This document shows positions 7,083 to 19,208 of a DNA stretch of 20,155 bases, piece after piece; position 1 is the first letter of the stretch; each line of letters opens with the position of its first letter. Source of the stretch: Candidatus Eiseniibacteriota bacterium. Lineage in GTDB: Bacteria > Eisenbacteria > RBG-16-71-46 > DASYSL01. Under the pieces are notes generated by a model. It did no database searches and was not told where the DNA came from. It saw only the letters and a program-made list of their open reading frames with translations. The stretch lies in contig JANPEF010000029.1 in the NCBI GenBank assembly GCA_031431875.1, forward strand, positions 1-20,155, written 5' to 3'. The translations under genes and the position numbers were made by a program.

Positions 7083-9755
7083 ATGGCACTCACCCCCGGC
7101 ACCAGGCTTGGACCCTACGAGATCGTTGCGCCCATCGGCGCAGGCGGGATGGGGGAGGTGTATCGCTGCCGCGATACCCGCCTCGGTCGCGACGTGGCCG
7201 TCAAGATCCTCCCTCCCGGCTTTGCCGCCAATGAGGCATCGCGCGCCCGCTTCGAGCGGGAAGCGCGAACCGTGTCGTCGCTGAATCATCCGAACATCTG
7301 CACGCTCTTCGATGTCGGCCGTGAGGACGACACGGACTACCTGGTGATGGAGTTGATCGAGGGCGAGTCGCTGGCCGAGCGTCTCCTGAAGGGCCCGCTG
7401 CCGTTGGAGCAGGTCGTGCGCTACGGGGCGCAGATCGCCGACGCACTGGGCCGCGCGCATCGACAGGGGATCATCCATCGGGACCTCAAGCCCGGCAACG
7501 TGATGATCACGAAGTCGGGGGCCAAGCTCCTCGACTTCGGTCTCGCCCGTTCCGGGCAGGACGCATCGCCCTTGCAGGGCATGACGGTGATGGCGACGCA
7601 GGCGATGCCGCTGACCCAGGAAGGAACGATCCTCGGGACCTTCCAGTACATGGCCCCGGAGCAACTCGAGGGGATCGAGGCCGATGCGCGCACGGACATC
7701 TTCGCCTTCGGGGCGCTGCTCTACGAGATGGCGACGGGGAAGTGCGCCTTCGAGGGAGCCACGCGAACCTCGCTGATCGCGGCCATCGTGTCGGGAACCC
7801 CGCGTCCGATGAGCGAGCTGGTGCCGCTGACGCCGCCGGCGCTCGAGCATGTCGTGCGCCGCTGCCTGGCGAAGGACCCGGACGATCGCTGGCAGAGCGC
7901 GGCGGACGTCGGGAACCAGCTGCACTGGATCTCCGAGGCCGGATCGCGCGCCGGCGAGGCGGCGCCGCTGGCGGCTCGGCGACGCTTCCGTCTCCGTGCC
8001 GCGTGGGGCCTGCACGCCGTGACCGCGGCGGCGGCCGTGGCCGCCACGCTCGGAATCGCCGCGATGCTGCGAGCTCCGGCGCCGGTCTTGAACACGTCGA
8101 TCCTCCCGCCGAAGGACCTGCGCATCGATCTCGGTGTCGGCGCTCCGGCCCTCTCGCCCGACGGCCTGCGCCTTGCCTACGTGGCCGCCAGCCAGGACGG
8201 CAAGTCCGCCCTGTGGGTCCGGACCCTCTCCACCGGCTCCGCGCAGGCGCTGCCAGGGACGGACGGGGCCGCGCACCCCTTCTGGTCGCCGGATAGCCGG
8301 CAGATCGGCTTCTTCGCCTCGGGCAAGCTCAAGAGGATCGAAGCGTCGGGCGGGCCGGCGCAGACGATCTGCGACGTGTCGCAAGGGCGCGGGGGCGCCT
8401 GGGGGGGCGACGGGACGATCCTCTTCACCCCGAACCCATCGGCGTCGCTCCACCGCGTGCCGGTGACGGGAGGGGCGCCGGTCGCGGAAACGGAACTGGA
8501 CTCGACGCGGAACGACACCTCGCACCGGTACGCCGAGTTCCTTCCCGACGGAAAGCACTACCTGTTCCTCGTCCAGTCGTCGATCGAGACCCCGGGAACC
8601 GATCAGGGATTCGCGGTGTTCGCGGGTGTGCTCGGCTCGAAGGAGAGGAAGATGGTGGTCGCAACGAGCGGGCAGGCACGGTTCTCGCCGGAGACGGGGC
8701 AGTTGCTCTTCCTCCGGGGCGGCGCGCTGGTCGCGCAGAAGTTCGATCCCCGGACGGGGTCGCTCTCCGGAGAGGCTGTGCCCATCACCGATGCCGTGCG
8801 GCGGAGCGGGCGCTTCGAGGCGGCCTTCAGCCTGTCCCGGACCGGTCTCCTGGTCTTCCACGCCGGCAGCAGCGGCGAGCCATCCGAACTCGTCCTGCTC
8901 GACCGCACCGGCAGGGATGTCGGGTTGGTCGGCAAGACGGTCGCCGATTACCGTTCGCCGAGACTCTCGCGCGACGGGACGCGCGTGGCGGTGGGGATCA
9001 CCGACCCGGGCACCCAGAAGTCCGACGTGTGGGTGATGGACGTGGCGCGCGGAACCTCCACGCGCCTCACGTTCGATCCCGAGAACGACTTCGGTCCGGT
9101 CTGGTCGCCCGACGACCGGAGGATCTACTTCTCCTCGCTCCGGAGCAAGCGCGGCGACATCTTCGCCAAGTCGAGCTCGGGAACGGGGACGGAAGAGACG
9201 ATCTACGCGGGCCCGAACAACGAGATCCTCACGCAAGTCTCACCGGACGGAGCACTTGCCTGGATCATCGCCGACCAGCCCAGGCAGTCCTGGGACATCC
9301 TCCGCCTCGACCTCCAGTCCGGCAAGGCCACGGACTTCATCTCGACGCCCTTCCTCGAGTGGGGGCCATCCCCCTCACCCGATGGGCGCTGGCTCGCGTA
9401 CGCATCCGTCGAGTCGGGGCGGGGTGAGGTCTACGTCCAGTCGCTCCTCGACGACGGCGGCAAGTGGCAGATTTCCACCGACGGCGGTGGATACATGGCA
9501 TGGACGCGCGGCGGGAGGGAGATCATCTACCAGGGGAACGACCGCAAGCTGATGGCCGTGGACATCCGCCTCGAGCCCACGTTCCAGGCCGGGACACCGA
9601 AAGTCCTCTTCGATCCTCGGATGCAGGTGAGCCCCGGCAAGGAGTGGGACGTCATGGCCGACGGCGAGCGCTTCCTCGTGAACCGCGTGATCGAAGCCCC
9701 GGGCGTGGAGCCGCTCACCCTCGTCCAGAACTGGCCCGCGACGCTCAAGAAGTGA
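7083..9755 (+). CDS. Hanks-type Ser/Thr protein kinase with TM helix and TolB/PD40 beta-propeller domain
   Basis: IGAGGMGEVY, VAVK, HRDLKPGN, DFGLA, GTFQYMAPE. Hydrophobic segment at about aa 316-338. Repeated (W/F/L)SPDG-type PD40 motifs. Ends LVQNWPATLKK. Confidence 0.95.
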   Translation: MALTPGTRLGPYEIVAPIGAGGMGEVYRCRDTRLGRDVAVKILPPGFAANEASRARFEREARTVSSLNHPNICTLFDVGREDDTDYLVMELIEGESLAERLLKGPLPLEQVVRYGAQIADALGRAHRQGIIHRDLKPGNVMITKSGAKLLDFGLARSGQDASPLQGMTVMATQAMPLTQEGTILGTFQYMAPEQLEGIEADARTDIFAFGALLYEMATGKCAFEGATRTSLIAAIVSGTPRPMSELVPLTPPALEHVVRRCLAKDPDDRWQSAADVGNQLHWISEAGSRAGEAAPLAARRRFRLRAAWGLHAVTAAAAVAATLGIAAMLRAPAPVLNTSILPPKDLRIDLGVGAPALSPDGLRLAYVAASQDGKSALWVRTLSTGSAQALPGTDGAAHPFWSPDSRQIGFFASGKLKRIEASGGPAQTICDVSQGRGGAWGGDGTILFTPNPSASLHRVPVTGGAPVAETELDSTRNDTSHRYAEFLPDGKHYLFLVQSSIETPGTDQGFAVFAGVLGSKERKMVVATSGQARFSPETGQLLFLRGGALVAQKFDPRTGSLSGEAVPITDAVRRSGRFEAAFSLSRTGLLVFHAGSSGEPSELVLLDRTGRDVGLVGKTVADYRSPRLSRDGTRVAVGITDPGTQKSDVWVMDVARGTSTRLTFDPENDFGPVWSPDDRRIYFSSLRSKRGDIFAKSSSGTGTEETIYAGPNNEILTQVSPDGALAWIIADQPRQSWDILRLDLQSGKATDFISTPFLEWGPSPSPDGRWLAYASVESGRGEVYVQSLLDDGGKWQISTDGGGYMAWTRGGREIIYQGNDRKLMAVDIRLEPTFQAGTPKVLFDPRMQVSPGKEWDVMADGERFLVNRVIEAPGVEPLTLVQNWPATLKK

Positions 9756-9891
9756 TCGGGCAGCCTTGCGCAGGGGCCTGACGTGAACCGTACCGTGTTT
9801 GCCGGAGGCTCCATTCCCTGAGGGGGTCTGGACGTCGCTTCGACGTGGACTGGGCCCAGGAGCGCAAGGGCTCAAGACTCCCGTGAACCAC

Positions 9892-9999
9892 TCAGGAACG
9901 CAATGCTCCGCGCAGCATTGTTAAGGCATGTAGCTGCAACGCGATCGCCCAATTCGGTCTCAGGCACAGAGTTCGAAATGAGTAAAGGAAGGGGAGCCA
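9892..9999 (-). pseudogene. Remnant resembling the C-terminal tail of a large serine recombinase, overlapping att-like site 2
   Basis: Reads WLPFLYSFRTLCLRPNWAIALQLHALTMLRGALRS*. WLPxxxxxRTLC resembles LSR C-termini that read through their att site (my recollection, not searched). Locally lower GC. Confidence 0.45.
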
Positions 10000-10007
10000 A
10001 ATGTGAC
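9971..10007 (+). repeat. att-like site 2
   Basis: GTTCG-AAATGAGTAAAGGAA(15 nt)-GGGGAGCCA-AATGTGAC. Same spacing as sites 3-5, and CCA-n-ATGTG-n-C matches the start of the site 4 right arm. Confidence 0.6.
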
Positions 10008-10131
10008 CCCCGCGACTCGCGGAACTGCGGGGGTTCGCTATTCGGGTGGTCGGCACGAGCACGGGAGACGCGAAACGGCGTGAGATCGCCGTGTATGCTA
10101 CCGTCGGAGCGCTCTCTCCGGAGGTGCCGCC

Positions 10132-12972
<2,841 letters not shown>

Positions 12973-13131
12973 GGGCGTGAAGGTTGGCTCCTCCCTGCTT
13001 GCGGACCGAAGTCTTTGCACCGGCCGCGATTCAAGGCGCTGCTGGCGAAGTTATGGCAAAGGGGAGGCCCGGTAATCGACCTGTCCGGGGACGCCCCTCT
13101 CGTTCTGGCCCACGAGGATAGCTGGCGTAGT

Positions 13132-13204
13132 TCGTGGAAGACGCGGAATACGGCTCTTTCCGTCGCCCAGGAACCGTTCGTACACTGGGCAACCTGGGGA
13201 GCCA
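13132..13204 (+). repeat. att-like site 3 with about 44 nt of conserved left flank
   Basis: GTTCG(13176-13180)-TACACTGGGCAACCT-GGGGAGCCA. Ungapped alignment to 16251-16323 gives 58/73 identities by my count. GTTCGTACAC is the exact reverse complement of the right-arm GTGTACGAAC. Confidence 0.8.
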
Positions 13205-13327
13205 CTTTCCATGCACTACCCGACGGGTGGGCGTCAGCCGGCCCGTTTGTGTCGGGTGACGTCGTGACTCCGATTCGCGTGCTCTTCGGCAGTGACCCCA
13301 TGCTACCCTTCAGAGCCCTCCAACCCA

Positions 13328-13376
13328 TCATGCTCGCGTCCCTCGGCGCGTCCCTCGGCGCGTCCATCGAGCATGA
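13328..13376. repeat. 12-bp tandem repeat (about 2.6 copies) enclosed by a 9-bp inverted repeat
   Basis: CGCGTCCCTCGG x2 plus CGCGTCC (13335-13365). TCATGCTCG (13328-13336) pairs with CGAGCATGA (13368-13376). Confidence 0.7.
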
Positions 13377-13426
13377 CCGGCCTCACGCCGGCACATGGAT
13401 TCGCACCCATATCGAGGGAGGTCGAC

Positions 13427-16192
13427 GTGTTCATCCCATCGATGAATCCAAGACATCGTACGCCGCTTCGATCCGCGGGACGCTTCCTGGTCGCCCTGGG
13501 GATGACGGTGTGCCTCGCGCCCTGCACGGCATGGGCGCAAGTGCCCGATCCGAAGGTGTGGGTGACCGACGGCGCCGTGGACGCCATCGCACTCGCGGAG
13601 AACACCATCTACCTGGGCGGAACCTTCACCTACGTCGGCCCGAACACCGGGCACTTCGTCGCGATCGGCGCCGAGACGGGGGCCCCGGAACCGGGCTGGC
13701 CGAGGGTCAACGGCATCGTCGAATGCGCCGCGCCGGATGGCGAGGGCGGGTGGTACATCGGGGGATCCTTCACTTTCGTGGGTGGTGTCCCCCGGACCCA
13801 CCTCGCCCACATCCGCGCGGACCGGACGCTCGACGGGTGGAACCCAGGGGCGAACGGATACTTCGTGCACACCCTGGTGGTGAGCGGCTCGACGGTGTAC
13901 GCGGGCGGTGACTTCACGAGCATCGGCGGGCAGAGTCGCAACTACATCGCAGCCCTGGATGCCACCAGCGGACTCGCCACGCCGTGGAACCCCGGGGCGG
14001 ACGCCGACGTGCGCACCCTCGTGGTGAGCGGCCCGACGGTGTACGCGGGCGGAGAATTTTCCAGCATCGGCGGGCAGAGCCGCAGCCACATCGCGGCGCT
14101 CGATGCCACGACCGGGCTCGCCACCCCATGGAACCCCGCGGCGGACTACTACGTGCGGGACCTGGCGGTTAGCGGCTCGACGGTGTACACGGCCGGCAAC
14201 TTCACCAGCATCGGCGGGCAGAGCCGCGATCGTATCGCGGCGCTCGATGTCGCCAGCGGACTGGCGACTGCGTGGAATCCTGGCGCGGATGGCCTCGTGC
14301 TCACTCTCGCGGTGAGCGGCCCGACGGTGTACGCCGGCGGCCACTTCACCAGCATCGGCGGGCAGAGCCGCATCCGCATCGCGGCTCTGGATGCCACGAC
14401 AGGTCTCGCCACCGCGTGGAACCCGGGGGCGGGCAATGGCGTGATCGACCTGGCCGTGAGCGGTCCCACGGTCTACGCGGCCGGCAGCTTCACCGACATC
14501 GGTGGACAGAGCCGCAGGTACATCGCGGCATTGGATGCCGCCACGGGAGCCGCCACCGCGTGGAACCCGGGGGCGAACGCCTACGTGAATACGCTGGCGG
14601 TGAGCGGCTCCGCGGTGTTCGCGGGGGGCGACTTCGCCAGCGCCGGAGGACGGAGTCGCTCGAACATCGCGGCGCTCGATGCCACGACCGGGGCGGCCAC
14701 CGACTGGAACCCGGGGGCGGATGGCGTCGTGCTCACGATTTCGGTGAGTGGCTCGACGGTGTACGCGGGAGGTGGATTCTTCACGATCGGGGGGCACGAC
14801 CGCAGGCACATCGCGGCGCTGGATGCCGTCACCGGACTGGCCACCGCGTGGAACCCGGCGGCGAACTCGAGCGTGCTCGCACTCGAGGTGAGCGGCCCGA
14901 CGGTGTACGCCGGCGGCACCTTCACTAGCGTCGGCGGACAGACCCGCCTGCACGTCGCGGCGCTGGATGCCTTCTCCGGGCTCGCCACCGCGTGGAACCC
15001 GGAGGCGAACTCGGACATCGTTGCCCTGGCGGTGAGCGGCCCCAGGGTGTATGCCGGTGGTTCCTTCGCGTGGATCGGTGGGCAAAGCCGCACCGGCATC
15101 GCGGCCCTGGATGCCGTCACCGGGCTCGCCACGGAATGGAACCCGGGGGCCAATTCGACCGTGCGCACCCTGGTCGTGAACGGCTCGTCGGTGTATGCGA
15201 CCGGTTTCTTCACCAGCATCGGCGGGGAAAGCCGCAGCCGCATCGCGGCGCTGAATGCCACCACCGGGCTCGCCACGCCGTGGAACGCAGGGACGATCGG
15301 TCCCGGGGAGAGCGGCCCCGGGGGGCTCGGCCCGTTCGTCTTCGCCGTCGCGGTGAGCGGCTCCACGGTGTACGTGGGCGGAGGATTCTCCAGCATTGGC
15401 GGGCAGAATCGCGGCAATCTCGCGGCGCTCGATGCCATGACCGGCCTTGCCACGGCATGGAATCCGGGGGCGGACGCCGACGTGCTCGCCTTGGCCGTGA
15501 GCGGCTCGACGGTCTATGCGGGCGGGACCTTCTACTGGATCGGCGGGGGGAACAATCAGGGGTTCGCGGCCTTGCGCCCCGATGCGAGCGCGCCCGCGGT
15601 CCGGGTACTCTCGCCCGACGGCAACAGCCCGCTCCTGATCGGGACGCCACGCCATCTCGATTGGGCTGCGAGCGACGATCTCGATGTGCAAAGCGTGGAT
15701 CTCTACCTCTCGCGCAACGGCCCGGGTGGCCCCTGGGATCTGCTCGCCGCCGCTGCCCCGAATACCGGGTCGTACCTCTGGACCGTCGTGGGCCCGGGAG
15801 TGCCCGGCAACGACGCCTACCTGCTCGTGGCGGCTCGGGACTACAGCGGAAACCTCGGGACCGACATCTCCAACAGTGGGTTCATCATCTCGGGCTCCGT
15901 GGGGGATGCCGGGCCGGACCCTGGAGTCTTCGCGTTCGCGCTCTCCACGCCCGCCCCGAGCCCGACGACCCATCGATCACTGCTGGCCTACGCCGTCCCC
16001 TCGCGAACGCGCGTGCGACTCTCCCTGTTCGACGTGAAGGGCCGCGAAGTGGCCGTGCTGGCTGACGGCGTGCTCGACGCCGGGCGCCACACTGCCACAA
16101 TCGAGGCGACGGAGCTGCATTCCGGGATGTACTTCGCGCGCCTGCAGGCCGCGGGAAGGGAGCTTGCGCGGCGCGTGGTGGTGGTGAAGTGA
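13427..16192 (+). CDS. Secreted beta-propeller repeat protein (14 repeats of about 48 aa) with Ig-like and C-terminal FlgD/T9SS-like domains
   Basis: GGAGGT at 13417-13422 before GTG 13427 (ATG 13442 is an alternative). Signal peptide ends CTAWA-Q. Twelve WNPGAxxxVxxLAVSGxTVYAGGxFTSIGGQSRxxIAALDAxTGLATx repeats plus two divergent ones. Ends LFDVKGREVAVL..SGMYFARL. Confidence 0.92.
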   Translation: MFIPSMNPRHRTPLRSAGRFLVALGMTVCLAPCTAWAQVPDPKVWVTDGAVDAIALAENTIYLGGTFTYVGPNTGHFVAIGAETGAPEPGWPRVNGIVECAAPDGEGGWYIGGSFTFVGGVPRTHLAHIRADRTLDGWNPGANGYFVHTLVVSGSTVYAGGDFTSIGGQSRNYIAALDATSGLATPWNPGADADVRTLVVSGPTVYAGGEFSSIGGQSRSHIAALDATTGLATPWNPAADYYVRDLAVSGSTVYTAGNFTSIGGQSRDRIAALDVASGLATAWNPGADGLVLTLAVSGPTVYAGGHFTSIGGQSRIRIAALDATTGLATAWNPGAGNGVIDLAVSGPTVYAAGSFTDIGGQSRRYIAALDAATGAATAWNPGANAYVNTLAVSGSAVFAGGDFASAGGRSRSNIAALDATTGAATDWNPGADGVVLTISVSGSTVYAGGGFFTIGGHDRRHIAALDAVTGLATAWNPAANSSVLALEVSGPTVYAGGTFTSVGGQTRLHVAALDAFSGLATAWNPEANSDIVALAVSGPRVYAGGSFAWIGGQSRTGIAALDAVTGLATEWNPGANSTVRTLVVNGSSVYATGFFTSIGGESRSRIAALNATTGLATPWNAGTIGPGESGPGGLGPFVFAVAVSGSTVYVGGGFSSIGGQNRGNLAALDAMTGLATAWNPGADADVLALAVSGSTVYAGGTFYWIGGGNNQGFAALRPDASAPAVRVLSPDGNSPLLIGTPRHLDWAASDDLDVQSVDLYLSRNGPGGPWDLLAAAAPNTGSYLWTVVGPGVPGNDAYLLVAARDYSGNLGTDISNSGFIISGSVGDAGPDPGVFAFALSTPAPSPTTHRSLLAYAVPSRTRVRLSLFDVKGREVAVLADGVLDAGRHTATIEATELHSGMYFARLQAAGRELARRVVVVK

Positions 16193-16250
16193 TCGGGAGC
16201 GACGCCCGGGCAGAGGCCCCGTTCCGGCCCGGGAGGGCTCCCGGGATTGG

Positions 16251-16345
16251 TCATGGAAGACGCGAAATACGGCCCTCTCCGTGACCCAGGGCCGGTTCGC
16301 ATACTGGGCACCTCGGGGACCCAGATGTGGCTGTGTACGAACCGG
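16251..16345 (+). repeat. att-like site 4: complete attP-like site (16292-16345) plus conserved left flank
   Basis: CCGGTTCG (16292-16299) and CGAACCGG (16338-16345) form a perfect 8-bp inverted repeat, extendable to 11/13. The 54-bp span is centred on GA at 16318-16319 within GGGGACCCA. Confidence 0.8.
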
Positions 16346-16423
16346 ACTCCCCCGGGGTCCGGCTGAGGCTCGGTCAGGCGGCAAGCGCGGGCAACTCAAG
16401 TGGCGTTCGCAATCAGGCTGCGA

Positions 16424-16459
16424 AATCGCGGCGGCCTCGGCGAATCGCGGCGACCTCGG
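16424..16459 (+). repeat. 17-bp direct repeat with 19-nt period upstream of the FG-GAP gene
   Basis: AATCGCGGCGGCCTCGG (16424-16440) and AATCGCGGCGACCTCGG (16443-16459). Confidence 0.6.
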
Positions 16460-16599
16460 TGGCTTGGACTCTCACATTAGGGTAAGCTTATCCGCGCCGT
16501 TCTTGGTGCCTCGCTGACTCGCTTCGAACTTGGACTCCCGCGGTGGTCCAGCCACTCCCGCCGCAGGGGTTTTCCCACCCGTGGCTGAAGCAGGCGCTC

Positions 16600-19092
16600 A
16601 TGGATCGCTTGGAGACCACACCGCCCATCCGGGGTGAGTTCACTCGCCGGGCCGCAGTCTTCGTGTTTCTCATTGCGAGCAGTGCCTCGGTTGCTGCCAC
16701 GCGATCCGCCGCCGATCCGCTCCTTGCCGCACCGTTCCTCTCGTACGACGCGGGGATCAATCCCTACTCCGTTGCGATCGGAGACTTCAACGGGGACGGG
16801 AACCCGGACTTGGCAGCGGCAAACTCTGGCGCCAGCACGGTGTCGGTGTTGCTCGGCTACGGGAACGGGACCTTCGGGGCGACGACGGACTTCGGGACGG
16901 GGAGTGGGCCCCGCTCCGTGACGATCGGAGATCTGAACGCGGACGGAAACCCCGACCTGGCGACGGCAAACTTCGACGCCAACACCGTGTCGGTCTTGCT
17001 CGGCATCGGCAATGGGAGCTTTGAGGAGAAGACGGACTTCGCGGCAGGGGATCATCCCTGCTCCGTGGCGATGGGAGACCTGGATGGGGACGGGATCCCC
17101 GACCTTGCGATGGCGAACGACTCCACCAGCATGGTGTCCGTGTTGATCGGCAGAGGTGACGGGACCTTCAGGACGAAGACGGACTTCGGGGTGGGGAGTG
17201 AGCCCCACGCCGTGGCGATGGGAGACCTGAACGGGGACGGGATCGCCGACCTGGTGACGGCGAACCGCTTCGACAACACGGTGTCGGTCTTGCTCGGCGA
17301 CGGGAACGGGGACTTCAGGTCGAACCGGGACTATGGCGCGGGGTTGCACCCCATCTCTGTGGCGATCGGGGACCTGAATGGGGACGGGATTCCCGACCTG
17401 GCAACGGCGAACTTCTCCTCCTCCCAGGGGGTGTCGGTGTTGCTCGGCGACGGGAACGGCACATTCGGGGCGAACGCGGACTTCGCGACGACTCCATATC
17501 CCTTCTCCGTGGCGATCGGGGATCTGAATGGGGACGGGAAGCCGGACCTGGCGACGGGGAGCGATGGTTCAAACGTCGGGTCGGCGTTGCTCGGCAACGG
17601 CGACGGGACCTTCGGGACGAAGATGGACTTCGCGACGGGAGCTACCCCCGTCTCGGTGGCGCTCGGGGACTTGAACGGGGACGGATCCCTTGACCTGGCG
17701 ACGGCGAACTGGGGCTCCCGCACAGTGTCCGTGTTGCGCGGCAACGGCGACGGGACCTTCGGGGCGAACACGGACGTCGGGGTGGGGGATCATCCCAACT
17801 CCGTGGCGATGGGAGACCTGAACGGAGACGGGAACCCCGACCTGGCGACGTCGAACGAGGACACGTACACGGTCTCTCTGTTGGTCGGAAACGGCGACGG
17901 AACCTTTGGGGCAGGAACGGATTTCAGCACGGGAGGTCTTCCCTTCTCCGTGGCGATCGGGGATCTGAACGGGGACGACAGAGCCGACGTGGCAACGGCG
18001 GACTACTTCGGCACGGTGTCGATCCTTCTTGGCAACGGCGACGGGACCGTCGGTGTGCGAACGGGCTTCGACACGGGGAAGTATCCCACCTCCGTGGCAA
18101 TCGGGGATCTGAACGGGGACGGGATCGCCGATCTGGCCGCGTCGCTCATCGGCGCAGGCACGGTGGTGGTGTTGCTCGGCAACGGTGACGGGACCGTCGG
18201 AGCGTCAACGGACTTCGGGACGGGGATTGCTCCTTTCTCCGTGGCGATCGGGGACCTGAGCGGGGACGGGATCCCCGATCTAGCGACGGCGAACGCTTTC
18301 GACTACACAGTGTCGGTGTTGCTCGGCAGGGGTGACGGGACCTTCCAGACGAATCGGGACTTCGGGACGGGGGACAATCCCGTCGCCGTGGCGATCGGGG
18401 ACTTGAATGGGGATGGGAGCCCCGATCTGGCGACGGCCAACTACGAGGCCAGCACGGTGTCGGTGCTAGCCGGCAACGGTGACGGGACCTTCAGGACCAA
18501 GACGGATTTCGGGACGGGGAGGAATCCTCGCTCCGTGGCGATCGGGGACTTGAACGGGGACGGGCGCCCCGACCTGGCGACGGCGAACCTGTATGCCAAC
18601 ACGGTGTCGGTGTTGCTCGGGAACGGTGACGGGAGCTTTGGGACGAAGACGGACTTCGGGACGGGGGGTGGCCCCCATTCTGTGGCGATCGGGGACCTCA
18701 ACGGGGACGGAAACTCCGACGTGGTGACGGCGAACGCTTTCGGCAACACGGTGTCGGTGTTGCTCAACCTCCGCAGCGCTGTCTCGGTCCCGGAAGACGC
18801 TGACGCGCTCCCACGCCTGGTTGAGTTCGCTCCGCCTCGCCCGAACCCGGGCCGCGAGAACGTGAGCTTCGAGTTCGCACTTCCGCGCGAAGCCCAGGTG
18901 TCGCTCGCGGTCTTCGATGCGGCGGGGCGCATCGTTCGCAAGATCGCCGAGACCTCGTTTGTCGCGGGACGTCACGTGCTGGTGTGGGATCACCGAAATC
19001 GCGATGGGCAGGCGGTTCCGAGCGGCGTGTACTTCGTCCGTTTCCAGGTCCCGGGTGTGGTCCTGACGAGGAAGACAATTCTGATCCGGTAA
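16600..19092 (+). CDS. Secreted FG-GAP/VCBS repeat protein (14 repeats of about 49 aa) with C-terminal FlgD Ig-like domain
   Basis: Fourteen [20 protein letters not shown] repeats. Hydrophobic N-terminal segment [18 protein letters not shown]. Ends [28 protein letters not shown]. The start is uncertain (ATG 16600 preferred). Confidence 0.93.
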   Translation: MDRLETTPPIRGEFTRRAAVFVFLIASSASVAATRSAADPLLAAPFLSYDAGINPYSVAIGDFNGDGNPDLAAANSGASTVSVLLGYGNGTFGATTDFGTGSGPRSVTIGDLNADGNPDLATANFDANTVSVLLGIGNGSFEEKTDFAAGDHPCSVAMGDLDGDGIPDLAMANDSTSMVSVLIGRGDGTFRTKTDFGVGSEPHAVAMGDLNGDGIADLVTANRFDNTVSVLLGDGNGDFRSNRDYGAGLHPISVAIGDLNGDGIPDLATANFSSSQGVSVLLGDGNGTFGANADFATTPYPFSVAIGDLNGDGKPDLATGSDGSNVGSALLGNGDGTFGTKMDFATGATPVSVALGDLNGDGSLDLATANWGSRTVSVLRGNGDGTFGANTDVGVGDHPNSVAMGDLNGDGNPDLATSNEDTYTVSLLVGNGDGTFGAGTDFSTGGLPFSVAIGDLNGDDRADVATADYFGTVSILLGNGDGTVGVRTGFDTGKYPTSVAIGDLNGDGIADLAASLIGAGTVVVLLGNGDGTVGASTDFGTGIAPFSVAIGDLSGDGIPDLATANAFDYTVSVLLGRGDGTFQTNRDFGTGDNPVAVAIGDLNGDGSPDLATANYEASTVSVLAGNGDGTFRTKTDFGTGRNPRSVAIGDLNGDGRPDLATANLYANTVSVLLGNGDGSFGTKTDFGTGGGPHSVAIGDLNGDGNSDVVTANAFGNTVSVLLNLRSAVSVPEDADALPRLVEFAPPRPNPGRENVSFEFALPREAQVSLAVFDAAGRIVRKIAETSFVAGRHVLVWDHRNRDGQAVPSGVYFVRFQVPGVVLTRKTILIR

Positions 19093-19096
19093 GATC

Positions 19097-19126
19097 GGTT
19101 CGCACTCTGGGCAACCCGGGGAGCCA
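19097..19126 (+). repeat. att-like site 5
   Basis: GGTTCG-CACTCTGGGCAACCC-GGGGAGCCA starts 5 nt after the FG-GAP stop. It shares CTGGGCAACC-GGGGAGCCA with site 3. No recognisable right arm. Confidence 0.78.
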
Positions 19127-19208
19127 TGGCACGGGCACCTTCTATTCCGCCCCATCACGCAGGGTGCGCGGGGCGTTCGACCGCCCCGTCATCCACAGGA
19201 GGTCTGTG

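Noticed and set aside
13015..13911. 298-aa + strand ORF
   Set aside because: It has a TTG start without SD, crosses att-like site 3 and overlaps the propeller gene out of frame.
13838..18770. CRISPR array or DGR template/variable repeats
   Set aside because: The 144-nt and 147-nt periodicities are in-frame protein repeats. No spacer structure, cas gene or reverse transcriptase is present.
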